Part shown: piece after piece, positions 14,422-26,754 of the stretch
Layout: the number at the start of each line of letters is the position of its first letter
Numbering within the stretch: the first letter of the stretch is position 1
Source of the DNA: Octopus sinensis
Lineage: Eukaryota
Direction of reading: 5' to 3'
DNA: 64,000 nt
NCBI RefSeq assembly: GCF_006345805.1
Contig: NC_042998.1
Location: forward strand, 22,506,001 to 22,570,000
Translations under genes and position numbers: made by a program
Notes under the pieces: model-generated
The model's input: only the letters and a program-made list of their open reading frames with translations
Database searches by the model: none
Told to the model about the DNA's origin: nothing

Positions 14422-14591
14422 AAACGGTTCTCAACCGTTTTAAGATCTGGGTCAGATAAGATACCTGGATTGTTTTTAGGGGCCGCACCAAGAAAAGTGA
14501 AACAGAAGTCAAAGAAAAATTTATATTTATTGAAGGAAGACTATCGGGGGCCGCCGGAAGGATGATTGAGGGCCGCAGTTGAGAACCGCTG
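14422..14591. mobile_element. hAT (Charlie-like) MITE nested in the Tc1
   Basis: TIR (C)AGCGGTTCTCAAC; 8-bp TSD GTGTACAT/GTCTAGAT (6/8), fitting the nTCTAGAn target preference. Confidence 0.8.
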
Positions 14592-15187
14592 GTCTAGATT
14601 ATTATAAGTGGTAAATGGTTCAATGAAAATATGTTATCTTTTCTAATAAGACATCATTCACCTACTTTTCCCACTTAGGGACGAGACCCTTCCATGAATT
14701 ACGGAGGTGGTTTTGTGAGAATTTGGACAGCCATATCACGGCGGAATTTTCTTGCCTCTTTAACTGTTCTACATGTCAGAGTTAATGCCAAGAATTACCT
14801 GGTTGCTTTGGCTGACCATGTCCATCCTGTGGCACACATATTGCTCCTTGATGGCAGCACAATCTTCTAAGATGAGTCACATTGCTAATTTTATCCAAAA
14901 TTGGTAAGAAGACCACAGAAGTGAAGTAGATCACTTCGACTGTCGCCCTAAATCACCGGATCTGAATATTATCGAAAATTTATGGTGCATTTTGGATTAG
15001 TAGGTGAGGATCCACTTCTCTCTGCCATCGCCGTTTAAAGTACTAAAGCGGATTTTACATGAAGAATGTCTAAAGATTCCCCTACCATTCTCGAGGTATT
15101 AAAACTGAGTGATGCCAAAGATGGACCGATTTCGTATTAAATAATAAAAATTCTATTTAAAAGGTGTTTTTATTATTTTGTTCAAAC

Positions 15188-15285
15188 TCGGGGTCGATAA
15201 ATAAAGTACCAGTGAAACACTGGGACGATGTGATCGACTAGTCCCCTCCCCCAAAATTTCGGGTCTTGTACCTTTCGTAGAAAGG
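15188..15285 (+). mobile_element. 5'-truncated SINE A' inserted in the Tc1 right TIR
   Basis: 16-bp TSD ATTATTTTGTTCAAAC at 15172-15187 and 15286-15301. Confidence 0.85.
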
Positions 15286-15307
15286 ATTATTTTGTTCAAA
15301 CAAAACA

Positions 15308-15675
15308 CGCCGAGTAATATGCTCACCGGCATTTCGTCCTTCCTTGCGTTCTGAGTTCAAATTCCGCCGAGGTCGACTTTGCTTGTCATCCTTTCGGGGT
15401 CAGTGGAATAAGTACCTGTTACGTACTGGGACCAATGTAAACGTCTCGCCCCCTCCCACAAAATTTCAGACCTTGTGCCTATAGTCTTTGAGCAAGACGC
15501 TTTACTCGACGTTGTTCCAGTTCACTCAGATGACAAAAATGAGTGATACAAAGAGCTAGTCTTGTCCCATTCTATGTCATGCTGAATTTCCATGAGAACT
15601 ACGTTAAGGTTCCGTGTGTCTGTGGAGTGCTCAGCCACCTACACGTTAATTTCACGAGGGGCTGTTCCGTTGATC
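15308..15675 (+). mobile_element. Degenerate SINE A' followed by a CORE-like + tail B fragment
   Basis: A' body, then TTGAGCAAGACGCTTTA, then GTCTGTGGAGTGCTCAGCCAC. Confidence 0.65.
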
Positions 15676-15732
15676 ATGAGCACATATACGTATGTATATA
15701 TAGGTATACCTATGTGATAGTATATAAATGAA

Positions 15733-15966
15733 CAAGGCGGCGAGTTGGCAGAAACGTTAGCACGCCGGGCGAAATGCTTAGCGGTATTTCGTCTGCGTTA
15801 CGTTCTGAGTTCAAATTCCGCCGAGGTCGACTTTGCCTTTCACCCTTTCGGGGTCGATAAATTAAGTACCAGTTACGCACTGGGGTCGGTGTAATCGACT
15901 TAGTACCTCTGTCTGTCCTTGTTTGTCCCCTCTGTATTTAGCCCCTTGTGGCTAATAAAGAAATAG
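15733..15966 (+). mobile_element. SINE family A, full length
   Basis: B-box-like GAGTTCAAATTCC; 13-bp TSD GTATATAAATGAA at 15720-15732 and 15967-15979. Confidence 0.92.
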
Positions 15967-16424
15967 GTATATAAATGAAGCAACATGTGTGTTTAGCTTT
16001 TGCTATCCTTCAAACTTTTCAGCATCGTTTCAACATAAAAAAGAAAAAAAATGGAAAATGAAGAAACCTACAGAATTTGGACGTGGATGTTTCCAAAACG
16101 AACAAGACATTTTCCTGTCCACAATACCGAACGAACTAACGGCCTGGCATGAGGTACAGACGAGGGTAGCCGTGTCAGAATCCTTCATACACCAAATGAT
16201 CCGGCAACCAAAGGAAAAACCAGATGCAGGATTGATCATATGAAATCCCACCAGAGAGAAGAAATCAGCCAAAGAAGAATGATATGCAAAACTACAAAAT
16301 CACGGTGGTGCTCCAGTATGACCGTAGCCGCATGACCGAAACGAAAAAACGAACAAAAGAATCTTCCTCAGCCCTGTCATACGACAACGGATATACTTAG
16401 ATTAAACTCTAAAAGACTATCTTT

Positions 16425-16524
16425 NNNNNNNNNNNNNNNNNNNNNNNNNNNNNNNNNNNNNNNNNNNNNNNNNNNNNNNNNNNNNNNNNNNNNNNNNNNN
16501 NNNNNNNNNNNNNNNNNNNNNNNN
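16425..16524. other. Assembly gap (100 N)
   Basis: Run of N. Confidence 1.
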
Positions 16525-16737
16525 AAACGTTAGCACTCCGGGCGAAATGCTTGGTGGTATTTCGCCTGCCGTAACGTTGTGAGTTCAAATTCCGCCGAGG
16601 TCGACTTTGCCTTTCATCCTTTTGGGGTCGATAAATCAAGTACCAGTTACGCACTGGGGTTGATTTAATTGAATTAATACTGTCCTTGTTTAATTTGTCC
16701 TTGTTTAGCCCCTTGTGAGTAATAAAGAAATAGGTAT
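16525..16737 (+). mobile_element. SINE family A abutting the gap
   Basis: Consensus A body and tail. Confidence 0.88.
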
Positions 16738-16844
16738 TAAAGTCCGAAACTTCGGTTGCCTTAACTTCGAAACACCCTGTCTATGCATAGATATGTATGT
16801 ATATGTGTATGTATGCATGTATATATATATGTGTACGTATATAG

Positions 16845-17275
16845 TCACAAGGAGGTCACGTGTCCCGGGCACCGATTGAAGCGGGGCGCAGAATTGACCA
16901 TAATACGATAAGCTTGAACATTTATAAAATTGCAATTGTAAAGGTGGATCTCCGGTTTATTGTTTTGTGTTGTTATTGAAGGAAAACACAATATGATGGC
17001 TGTCTTACATTCATGTCTGGACATTTTCTCAAAGGGCGTCAAAAAAGGCTTCGTAAAGGTAAACATTAAAAAGAATATATTTCGAATTATATATTGTACC
17101 GAAAGGGCAGGTAAATGAACCCTGGTAAAGTATTTATTATCAAAATATTGCTTTAAATCATTAGTTACTTGTAATAAATAAGTAGTATATAAAATCGTGC
17201 ATTTTGTAATTGGTGTTTGGGGTTGGGGAGATTTTTACGGCTTTCCCCGGGCGCGGTCTTCCATAGCTACGCCAC
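16845..17275. mobile_element. Putative MITE remnant with a CAGTGGCGTAGC-type end
   Basis: Right end ATAGCTACGCCACTG; left end degraded; a similar left end occurs at about 34015. Confidence 0.4.
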
Positions 17276-17509
17276 TGTTCTTACCACTCTGGTTCTCTTC
17301 CACATATTTCGAGTCTAAGCGTTGCAATGCAATGGTAAATGGAACACAATTATGACACTACCACATTTATTCGATATGACCACCACGGTTTCGAATTACA
17401 GCCTGAAATTTTGGTGCAAATGCTTCACATGTGGCACGCAGCTGTTCTTGCGGAATCAAATTCCCCTTCCTGGCGCAGTTTTGCCTTCAGAGCGTCGAGC
17501 TATTAGTAT

Positions 17510-17740
17510 GGCGAGCTGGCAGAAACGTGAGCACGCCGGGCGAAATGCTTAGCGGTATTTCGTCTGCGTTACGTTGTGAGTTCAAATTCCGCCGAGGTCG
17601 ACTTTGCCTTTCATCCTTTCGGGGTCGATAAATTAAGTACCAGTTACGCACTGGGGTCGATGTAATCGACTTAATACCTATGTCTGTCCTTGTTTGTCCC
17701 CTCTGTGTTTAGCACCTTGTGGGTAATAAAGAAATAAGTA
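17510..17740 (+). mobile_element. SINE family A
   Basis: Consensus match. Confidence 0.9.
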
Positions 17741-18560
17741 TTATTTAGTAGATAATACTTTTGTGTGCGTTTCGTTTCGCCCAGAGTTGCCTTTCATATA
17801 TTTTTTTTCTTCCTGAAATACTGCAAATCTGTCTTTCTTTTGCTGAAAGCATGTGTTTCAAGAGAGATTTGGTTGCTATTTGTAGTAGCTCAAGTTACCA
17901 CAGACACACCTGTGGTGAAAAAACAAAAAAGAAACTCTCAGAATATTTTGCATAATAATAAAGCCCCTCCTTTATAAGCCATCCACTACGATCGCTTTTT
18001 ATCATTCCTCTATCTTCCCGGGAACAGGCAACCCACTTGTACTAGCTGAAGAACAAAGGGAAACAACGTACTAAACAGTATATCAATCATTGTTTTGGTT
18101 TAAAATTCCTTTCATTATCATTAAATCGAAATTGGATAGTAAAATAAATATTCCTACTTAACAAGCGAAACACGTTCAGCGATATTGTTATATAATTGAC
18201 TTACGTTTCTGAAATGGAAATGTGCGCATATAAACCTCATTTACATTATTTGTATCATTTAAAATAATTTGATTGGCTATTGTATTTAGCTCAATAATTA
18301 TTTTATAATACTTCGTAAAGCAACATATGACGAAAACATACATATCTACATACACACATATACTTATGTATGTACACACACACACACACATAAATGCATA
18401 TGTATATATATATATTTATATATATAGATAGATAGATAGATAGACAGACAGAGAGAAAGAGATGTATATATACATACGTATAAATACGCACACACATATC
18501 TACATTCATGCATACTAATATACATACATCTGTAAGTATATAGGCGTATATACATACATG

Positions 18561-18818
18561 TGGAGGCGCAATGGCCCAGTGGTTAGGGTAGCAGACTCGC
18601 GGTTGTAGGATCGCGGTTTCGTTGTGAATGTTTATTGAGCGAAAACACCTAAAGCTCCACGAGGCTCCGCCACAACTTTCTCTAACTCTTTCTTCTGTTG
18701 GCCTGCTCGCTTAGCCAGCGGGGTGGCGTCATTTGAAAGCTAAAACAATGCGAAGGGCATTGTGACCAGCGATGTGTAGCAACATCTGATAGCCTGGTCG
18801 GTCGCGGTGATCGGTGAT
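18561..18818 (+). mobile_element. SINE with B head and tail J
   Basis: B head and body, then GCCAGCGGGGTGGCGTCATTTGAA...GTGACCAGCGATGTG; same architecture as 20606-20914. Confidence 0.85.
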
Positions 18819-18904
18819 ATATAAATATACACACATACATACGCATACACCCACATACAAAGATATACTTACATTCATACATATGCATACATTTATATAT
18901 TCAT

Positions 18905-18943
<39 letters not shown>

Positions 18944-18986
18944 CTGCGTGTGTGTGTGTGTGTGTGTGTGTGCCTGCGTGTGTGTG

Positions 18987-19031
<45 letters not shown>
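18905..19031. repeat. (GT)n microsatellite
   Basis: Direct reading. Confidence 0.95.
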
Positions 19032-19033
<2 letters not shown>

Positions 19034-19298
19034 GGTAAGCAGCGAAATGGCAGTAACGTTAGAGTGTCGTTTAGAATTCTCCGCTATATTTGTTCTGACT
19101 CTGCGTTCTGTGTTCAAGTCACGCCAATGTCAACTTTGCCTTTCATCGTTTCAGAGTCGATAAAAAATATTTAAAAAATTACCAGTTCAGAGCTGTTGGA
19201 ATGGCAGAAATGTAAGAACGTCAGACTGGATGCTTTGCTTTGGCTCCTTGCATTCCGAGATCAAATCTCACAATGGCTTACTAAATCCCGCTATCTAG

Positions 19299-19518
19299 GT
19301 AGAATCGGTAGCACGCCGGGCAAAATGCGTAGCCGTATTTCGTCTGCCGCTACGTTCTGAGTTCAAATTCCGCCGAGGTCGACTTTGCCTTTCATCGTTT
19401 CGGGGTCGATATATTAAGTACCAGTTACGCACTGGGGTCGATGTAATCGACTTAATCCGTTTGTCTCTCCTTGTTTGTCCTCTCTGTGTTTAACCCCTTG
19501 TGGGTAGTAAAGAAATAG
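19299..19518 (+). mobile_element. SINE family A
   Basis: Consensus match; short flanking repeat GCTATC-AG. Confidence 0.88.
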
Positions 19519-19789
19519 CTATCAAGCAACTTCGGTGCCTTAGCAGAATCCACTTGTTGCGAGTATTCGGTCTAGTTTTCTGGTTTTAGAAAAGCTTCCT
19601 CCCCTCCTTTCCATTAGCCTCGGAGGCCATATAGTGTCACAAGCACTGATTTTCCTCCTGATTAAAAGTTACATATACACGCGCGCTATATATGTATGGC
19701 TGTGTACACACACACACAGCTGATTAAGGAAACAAAAGATAGACGTGGTACAAGTCTTTATTGCGTACGACGTTCGTCGTACGCAGATG

Positions 19790-20590
19790 TATTTACCAAA
19801 ATTACATAAAAATACCTTGGAACACTAAAGAGCAAATTTATTCAATAAATCGTCATTGGCTTCAACCACGGCGTCCAGAAGACTTCGGAATCTCATGCAA
19901 CCTTTCTGAGCGGTCCTCCTTGTTTAAGTTGTGGAATGCTGCCATAATCCTTGCCTTCAGTTCCTCTTTGGTGTTACAAGAAGTTTTTGTTGGTCACTCG
20001 ATCAACTGTCCCCACACATAATAATCAAGGGGATTGCAGTCTGGTGGGTTAAGTGGCCAGATATTAGGGGTGATGTGGTCGCAGAAATTATCTGGGTTGT
20101 TCTGCTTGTGTGGCATGGTGTAGAGCCCTGTTGCCAGACATAGGGTCTTCCAGTGACCACCCTCTTGACCCAGACCAGCACTACTTCCTCCAGGCACTTG
20201 ATGTAGGCCTCCGTGTTGAATCAGAGGCCGTGTTGGAAGATGAATGGGGGTATAACGTCGCCATCACTAGTGATCCCTCCAAACACCATGATGTTGACTG
20301 GATGTTTGATTTTTATCACTCTCGGTACATTTCCTCAGATTGCACTGTCCTCAGATTGACACCCAAACACTCTGAAATGTTCGCATTGGAGCTTCCGACG
20401 TGAATGCCAAGCGGTACAGCATGTCGTTTCCAAATTTCTGGCTGAGTAAATTGCGTCATGGTATTGTTTGTCTCACAGACGGTGCCCAATTGACCCTACT
20501 ATACTGTATAGTTGACAAAATCAAAAACAAGCAATGCGCATGTTCGAAATTAAAACTATAAAATGGGGTTAATTTACTCATCGCATCTTA
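19790..20590 (-). pseudogene. Tc1/mariner transposase relic, maT (DD37D)-like
   Basis: KHPVNIMVFGGITSDGDVIPPFIF...NTEAYIKCLEEVV...RPYVWQQGSTPCHTS; WPLNPPDCNPLDYYVWG; NTKEELKARIMAAF; internally deleted. Confidence 0.85.
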
Positions 20591-20605
20591 TATATATATA
20601 TATAT

Positions 20606-20914
20606 ATCACGTGATCACGTGACCGACCAGGCTATCAGGTGTTGTTACACATCGCTGGTCACAATGCGGTTCGCATTGTTTTAACCTTCAAATGACGCCA
20701 CCCCGCTGGCTAAACAAGCAGGCCTACAGAAGAAAGAGTGAGAGAAAGTTGTGGCGAAAGAGTACAGCAGGGATCGCCACTACCCCTGCCGGAGCCTCGT
20801 GGAACTTTAGGTGTTTTCGCTCAATAAACACTCAGAACGCCCGGTCTAGGAATCGAAACCGCGATGCTACGACCGCGAGTCCGCTGCCCTAACCACTGGG
20901 CCATTGCGCCTCCA
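20606..20914 (-). mobile_element. SINE with B head and tail J
   Basis: As 18561-18818 but more complete. Confidence 0.88.
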
Positions 20915-20936
20915 TACACACACACACCACACACAC

Positions 20937-21163
20937 ATGAGCTGGCAGAAACGGTAGCACGCCGTGCGAAATGCGTAGCCGTATTTCGTCTTCCGTTACG
21001 TTCTGGGTTCAAATTCCGCCGAGGTTGACTTTGACTTTCATCCTTTCGGGGTCGATAAATTAAGTACCAGTTACGCACTGAGATCGTTGTAATCGACTTA
21101 ATCCGTTTGTCTGTCCTTGTTTGTCCCCTCTGTGTTTAACCCCCTTGTGGGTAGTAAAGAAAT
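20937..21163 (+). mobile_element. SINE family A
   Basis: Consensus match. Confidence 0.9.
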
Positions 21164-21384
21164 ATATATATATATACGCGCGCGCGTGTGTGTGTTTGTG
21201 GGTTATGTAGATAGGGTTACAATTCAACCTGTGTCCTCTTGATGCACATCTGCTTATTTTAGTTCTCCAAAGTTATATGGAGATGTTCTATTTGTTTGAC
21301 GTAGGCATAAGAGTTGAAAATACTGAAAAATATTTTCTACAGAGTAATAATAGCAAAACAGGAGATTAAAAATTTTCTAATCTC

Positions 21385-21391
21385 CTGTTTC

Positions 21392-21429
<38 letters not shown>

Positions 21430-21922
21430 TATGTATATATATATTTAAGTGTATATATATATATATATATATATATAAGTGTGTATATATATATATTATA
21501 TAAGTGTGTATATATATAAGTGTATATATATATATATATATACATATAAGTGTATATATATATGTGTGTATATATATATATGTGGTGTGTATATTATATA
21601 AATATAAGTATATAATATATAATATAATGTATATATATATAGTGTATATATATATATAATATATATAAGTGTGTATATATATATGTAAGTGTATATATAT
21701 ATATATATATAGATATATAATGTGTATATATATATATATATATATATAAGTGTGTATATATATATATGTGTGTGTATATATATATATATGTGTGTGTATA
21801 TATATATATAGTGTGTATATATATATATAAGTGTGTATAATATATATATATAAGTGTGTATATATATATAAGTGTATATATATATATATATATGTGTATA
21901 TATATATATAGTATGTATATAT

Positions 21923-21999
<77 letters not shown>

Positions 22000-22012
22000 T
22001 ATATATATATAC

Positions 22013-22047
<35 letters not shown>

Positions 22048-22170
22048 CATATATATATACATATATATATATATATATGTATATACACCACACACACATG
22101 TATTTATGTATCATACACACTCACACCCCCCACACACGTTATATATATATATAAATATATACACATACAC
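21385..22170. repeat. Degenerate (TA)n array with recurring TAAGTG(TG)TA units
   Basis: Direct reading. Confidence 0.95.
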
Positions 22171-22314
22171 GTCTGTGTGTGTACGAGATGTATTCAAGAA
22201 TGTTTGCGACTATTTTTTTTAAGAGAGGCAGCTATAGCTGTCGTAGATTATTGTGATTTTACTATATCATTACTATGTCACTACTATATCATTATATAAC
22301 GATAAACGTCGCCC

Positions 22315-22600
22315 TTTTCAAGCCTAGCCAGGCTCATGGGCCCGGTTTCCAGGTTTCTGTGGTGTATGTGTTCCCCCTAGCTGGATGGGACACCAGTCCA
22401 TCGCAGCGTTACTCAAGAAACACGGAGAGAGAATGACAGAAAGTTGTGGCGAAAGAGTATAACAGGGGTCGCCACCACCCCCTGCCGGAGCCTCGTCGAG
22501 CAGCTTTTAGGTGGTTTTGCTCAATAAACACACACAACGCCCGGTCTGGGAATCGAAACCGCGAGTCCGCTGCCCTAACCACTGGGCCATTGCGCCTCCA
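22315..22600 (-). mobile_element. SINE with B head and tail H
   Basis: B head and body joined to GTAACGCTGCGATGGACTGGTGTCCCATCCAGCTAGGGG. Confidence 0.82.
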
Positions 22601-22684
22601 CTATATTACTACTATACATCTAATAAACTGACCAGCCAGTTTATCATTCCAGATGTTTTTTTTTGGAAGCAGATGTTTTTTTTT

Positions 22685-23052
22685 GGTTACGACAACGAGG
22701 GTTCCGGTTGATCCGATCAACGGAACAGCCTGCTCGTGAAATTAACGTGTAAGTGGCTGAGCACTCCACAGACACGTGTACCCTTAACGTAGTTCTCGGG
22801 GATATTCAGCGTGACACAGAGAGTGACAAGGCCGGTCCTTTGAAATGCAGGTACAACAGAAACAGGAAGTAAGAGTGAGAGAAAGTTTTGGTGAAAGAGT
22901 ACAGCAGGGATCACCACCATCCCTGTCGGAGCCTCGTGGAGCTTTTAGGTGTTTTTGCTCAATAAACACACACAACGCCCGGTCTGGGAATCGAAACCGC
23001 GATCCTCCGACCGCGAGTCCGCTACCCTAACCACTGGGTAATTGCGCCTCCA
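22685..23052 (-). mobile_element. SINE family B with tail B
   Basis: Collinear with 3871-4255. Confidence 0.9.
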
Positions 23053-23204
23053 CTATATCATTACTATATCACTACTATACATCTAATAAACTGACCAGCC
23101 AGCTTTTATCATCATTCCAGATGTAGCAGCACTTGAAACACGCACCCTGCTTGTCACAGCTGACTAATTCGCAGAACGTAAGCTTGCTATGCAATAAGGT
23201 GTTG

Positions 23205-23765
23205 CGTAAAACTGGGGGCAATAACGCTTTTGAAACTTAAGCAATGCTCCGGACTGTTTCTGGATTAACTTCTATGAGCTGAGCATGTTTTTCCCGGGCA
23301 CAACAGGCCATGCAAAGGAAGTCCACCTAAAGTTCATGGTGATCTTCATTTTCGACGGCAGGAGCATCCACTGGGTTCTCTCTGGTCAGACCATCAACAA
23401 AGAGTACTTTGAGGAGGTTTTGATGGAGTTCAGGAAAAGATTTCATCGCAAAAGCCCAGAGCCCTTCCACTCGGATTGGGGACATTTGCACGAGGAAAAT
23501 GCCCCAGTCCACAATTCCATCGACAGAGATGGGCATTAAAACCGCCCCTCACCCGCCCTATGGCCCAGACCTTGCTCTCTGTGATTGTTCGCCAAACTGA
23601 AGGGGAACCTGAGGGGCAGTCGTTTTGAAGACATTGAGAAGATGTAGACTGTGACGAGGATCATGGCAGGCCTCCCCTCTATTTGGGCGGGCTGCCGTGG
23701 GTGGAGCGCTACAAGTGCATTGAAGTTAGAGAATTATACTTTGAAGGAAATTAGAGTTTTGTACT
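23205..23765 (+). pseudogene. Mariner (DD34D-type) transposase relic
   Basis: HWVLSGQTINKEYFEEVLMEFRKRF...HEENAPVHNSI...LFAKLKGNLRGSRFEDIE. Confidence 0.85.
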
Positions 23766-23892
23766 TTGAAATTAACATCCACGCACACACCCACATACAC
23801 ATGCACACTTACACACACATGCACGCACAAGCACACACACGCAATGCACATACACACAGATACACACATGCACACACACATACACACATATT

Positions 23893-24265
23893 GGGGCGGG
23901 TGTGGCTGTGTGGAAAGAAAGTTGCTTCCCCACCATATGGTTCCTGGTTCAGTCCCACTGCATGGCACTCTGGGCAAGCGTCTTCTACTTATAGCCTCGA
24001 ACCGGCCAAAGCGTTGGGAGTGGATTGGTAGACGTGTATATATGTATATATCCACGTGCCGGTGATTTTTGTGTCTGTGTTTGTCCTCTAACACCGCTTG
24101 ACAGCTGGTGTTAGTGAGTTTACGTCCACGCAACTTAGCGGTTCGGCAAAAGAGACCGATAGAATAAGTACCAGGCTTAAAAAGGAGTAAAGTAAGTCCT
24201 GGACTAAAATCTTCAAGGTGGTACCCCAGCTTGGCCGCAGTTAAATGAACTGAAACAAGTAAAAT
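23893..24265 (+). mobile_element. SINE family C (diverged)
   Basis: Head, CORE-like segment and tail are all recognisable. Confidence 0.8.
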
Positions 24266-24279
24266 AAAAGAATATACAT

Positions 24280-24422
24280 GGTAATTAGCTTGCTTACCGA
24301 CCACATGGTTCCGGGTTCAGTCCCACTGCGTGGCACCTTGGGCAAGTGTCTTCTACTATAGCATCGGGCCGACCAAAGCCTTGTGAGTGGATTTGGTAGA
24401 TAGAAACTGAAAGAAGCCCATC

Positions 24423-24475
<53 letters not shown>

Positions 24476-24698
24476 CGTGTGTGTATGTCTGTGTGTCTGT
24501 GTTTGACCCCCCACCCAACATCGCTTGACAACCGATGCTGGTGTGTGTTTACGTCCCCGTCACTTAGCGGTTCGGCAAAACAGACCGATAGAATAAGTAC
24601 TAGGCTTACAAAGAACAAGTGCTGGGGTCGATTTGCTCGACTAAAAGGCGGTGCTCCAGCATGGCCACAGTCACATGACTGAAACAAGTAAAAAGAAA

Positions 24699-24700
<2 letters not shown>
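24280..24700 (+). mobile_element. SINE family C
   Basis: Collinear with 1941-2348; internal (TA)n(TG)n about 75 bp. Confidence 0.88.
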
Positions 24701-24732
<32 letters not shown>

Positions 24733-25289
24733 TCATTCATTCATTCATTCATTCATTCATACATACATGCATACATATTATTTATAGTACGGAAACCGAA
24801 TGAATTATGAATAAATATGCATTCGATATCATATTCATGTGTATTTAGTCGCGTTACGGAAGCATATTCCATCTCTGTCAACCAAGAAGAAGGATCAAAC
24901 CGAAGGTTACGTCATCATATCGGTTCAGTAGGAATTGATTACAAATTCTTCCCAAGCTGCCAAGAGCTACTTTTTATAATGCAAACAAGACTGCACTGGG
25001 CAGAACATATTTGCATAAAAGCTACAAGGTGCAACAGATAGCAAATGCATAATATTACAAGGTACAGCAGATAGGAAACAGAATAGCTCACCAAATTTTA
25101 CGAACAATAACTAATTATTAGGAGCTAAATAATAGAGCCTCCGGATAGACGGCAAGATATTTCAGTTTGTTTCTGTGTGTTTGTTAATTTTCTAATATAA
25201 TAGGAATATCATTTACTTAGCTTCAATTCCAATTACGTGTACACAATGCATACATGCACGCATACATATGTATGTGCATGCGTTTGTGT

Positions 25290-25330
25290 GTGTGTGTATA
25301 TATATATATGTATATATATATATTATATAT

Positions 25331-25416
<86 letters not shown>

Positions 25417-25432
25417 GTATATATGTATATAG

Positions 25433-25465
<33 letters not shown>

Positions 25466-25467
25466 GT

Positions 25468-25522
<55 letters not shown>

Positions 25523-25554
25523 TATACTTGGAAATAGATGCGTCGCGTTCAATT

Positions 25555-25594
<40 letters not shown>

Positions 25595-25846
25595 CATACA
25601 TACATACATACATACATACGCATATATACATATGTATATAATATATATATACATACATATATATACATATGTATATATACATATATATATATACATATAT
25701 AATATATATATATATTATATGTATACACTTGGAAATAGATGCGTCGCGTTCAATTAAATTATATATATATAGATATATATATATATATATATATATACAT
25801 ACATACATACATACATACATACGCATATATACATATGTTATATATA

Positions 25847-25879
<33 letters not shown>

Positions 25880-26045
25880 GTATATATACATATATATATA
25901 TATACATATATATATACATATATATATACATACATACATTATATATATATATACATATATATATATAGATACATATGTATATGTATATATATATACACAC
26001 ATATACATATACATACACACACACACACACACACATATATATGCA
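25290..26045. repeat. (TA)n/(TACA)n array containing a duplicated 35-bp unique cassette
   Basis: ACTTGGAAATAGATGCGTCGCGTTCAATTAAATTA at 25526-25560 and 25727-25761. Confidence 0.92.
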
Positions 26046-26049
26046 CACA

Positions 26050-26340
26050 CACACATCCATATGTGGGTACAGGACGCCACCAACTGTGCAAATAGCTTGT
26101 AATACGTAAACAAACGAATTAAATACGTAAACGAGAAAAAAAGATGGAGAACAGGACAAGTAAACACAGAGAAAGGACCCTTCATCAGTTGGCGGCAGTC
26201 AATCTGCTCCTCATTTCGAGCATTCACCGACAATGCTGTCTATCTACTCCTCATTCCGAGCATACATTCCAAGGTGGATTTAGACTTGAAATTTGCGAAG
26301 CTATGTTTGATAACCACTTGAAAGCCATCAACGTCTTTTC
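26050..26340 (-). mobile_element. Dispersed repeat family K (second copy)
   Basis: Reverse-complement homology to 1170-1370. Confidence 0.55.
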
Positions 26341-26370
26341 CAAATAAGGCTCGAAAACTAAAACATATAG

Positions 26371-26754
26371 TAGGAGCACTCCGTCGGTTGCGACGATGAG
26401 GGTCCCAGCTGATACGATCAACGGAACAGCTTGCTCGTGAAATTAACGTGCAAGTGGCTGAGCACTCCACAGACACGTGTACCCTTAACGTAGTTCTCGG
26501 GGATATTCAGCGTGACACACATAATGTGACAAGGCTGTCCCTTTGAAATACAGGTACAAGAGAAACAGGAAGAAAGAGCGAGAGAAAGTTGTGGTGAAAG
26601 AGTACAGCAGGGATCACCACCCCCTGCCGGAGCCTCGTGGAGCTTTAGGTGTTTTCGCTCAATAAACACTCACAATGCCCGGTCTGGGAATCGAAACCGC
26701 GATCCTCCGACCGCGAGTCCGCTGCCCTAACCACTGGGCCATTGCGCCTCCACT
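26371..26754 (-). mobile_element. SINE family B with tail B
   Basis: 15-bp TSD AACTAAAA(C/T)ATATAG at 26356-26370 and 26755-26769. Confidence 0.92.

Larger units (their letters stand above)
13874..15307 (+). mobile_element. Decayed Tc1-like DNA transposon
   Basis: MHELSDFQKEQI...ASVTKTAE...VSRSTVS; VIFSNKTSF; F*DES; PKSPDLNIIENLW; TIR-like GGACAAAATAATGGAA at the left and its complement at 15161-15187 and 15286-15307. Confidence 0.82.

Noticed and set aside
16030-16330. Possible PLE RT remnant (LDVDV...QYR)
   Set aside because: The motif match is too short and the neighbouring motifs are absent.
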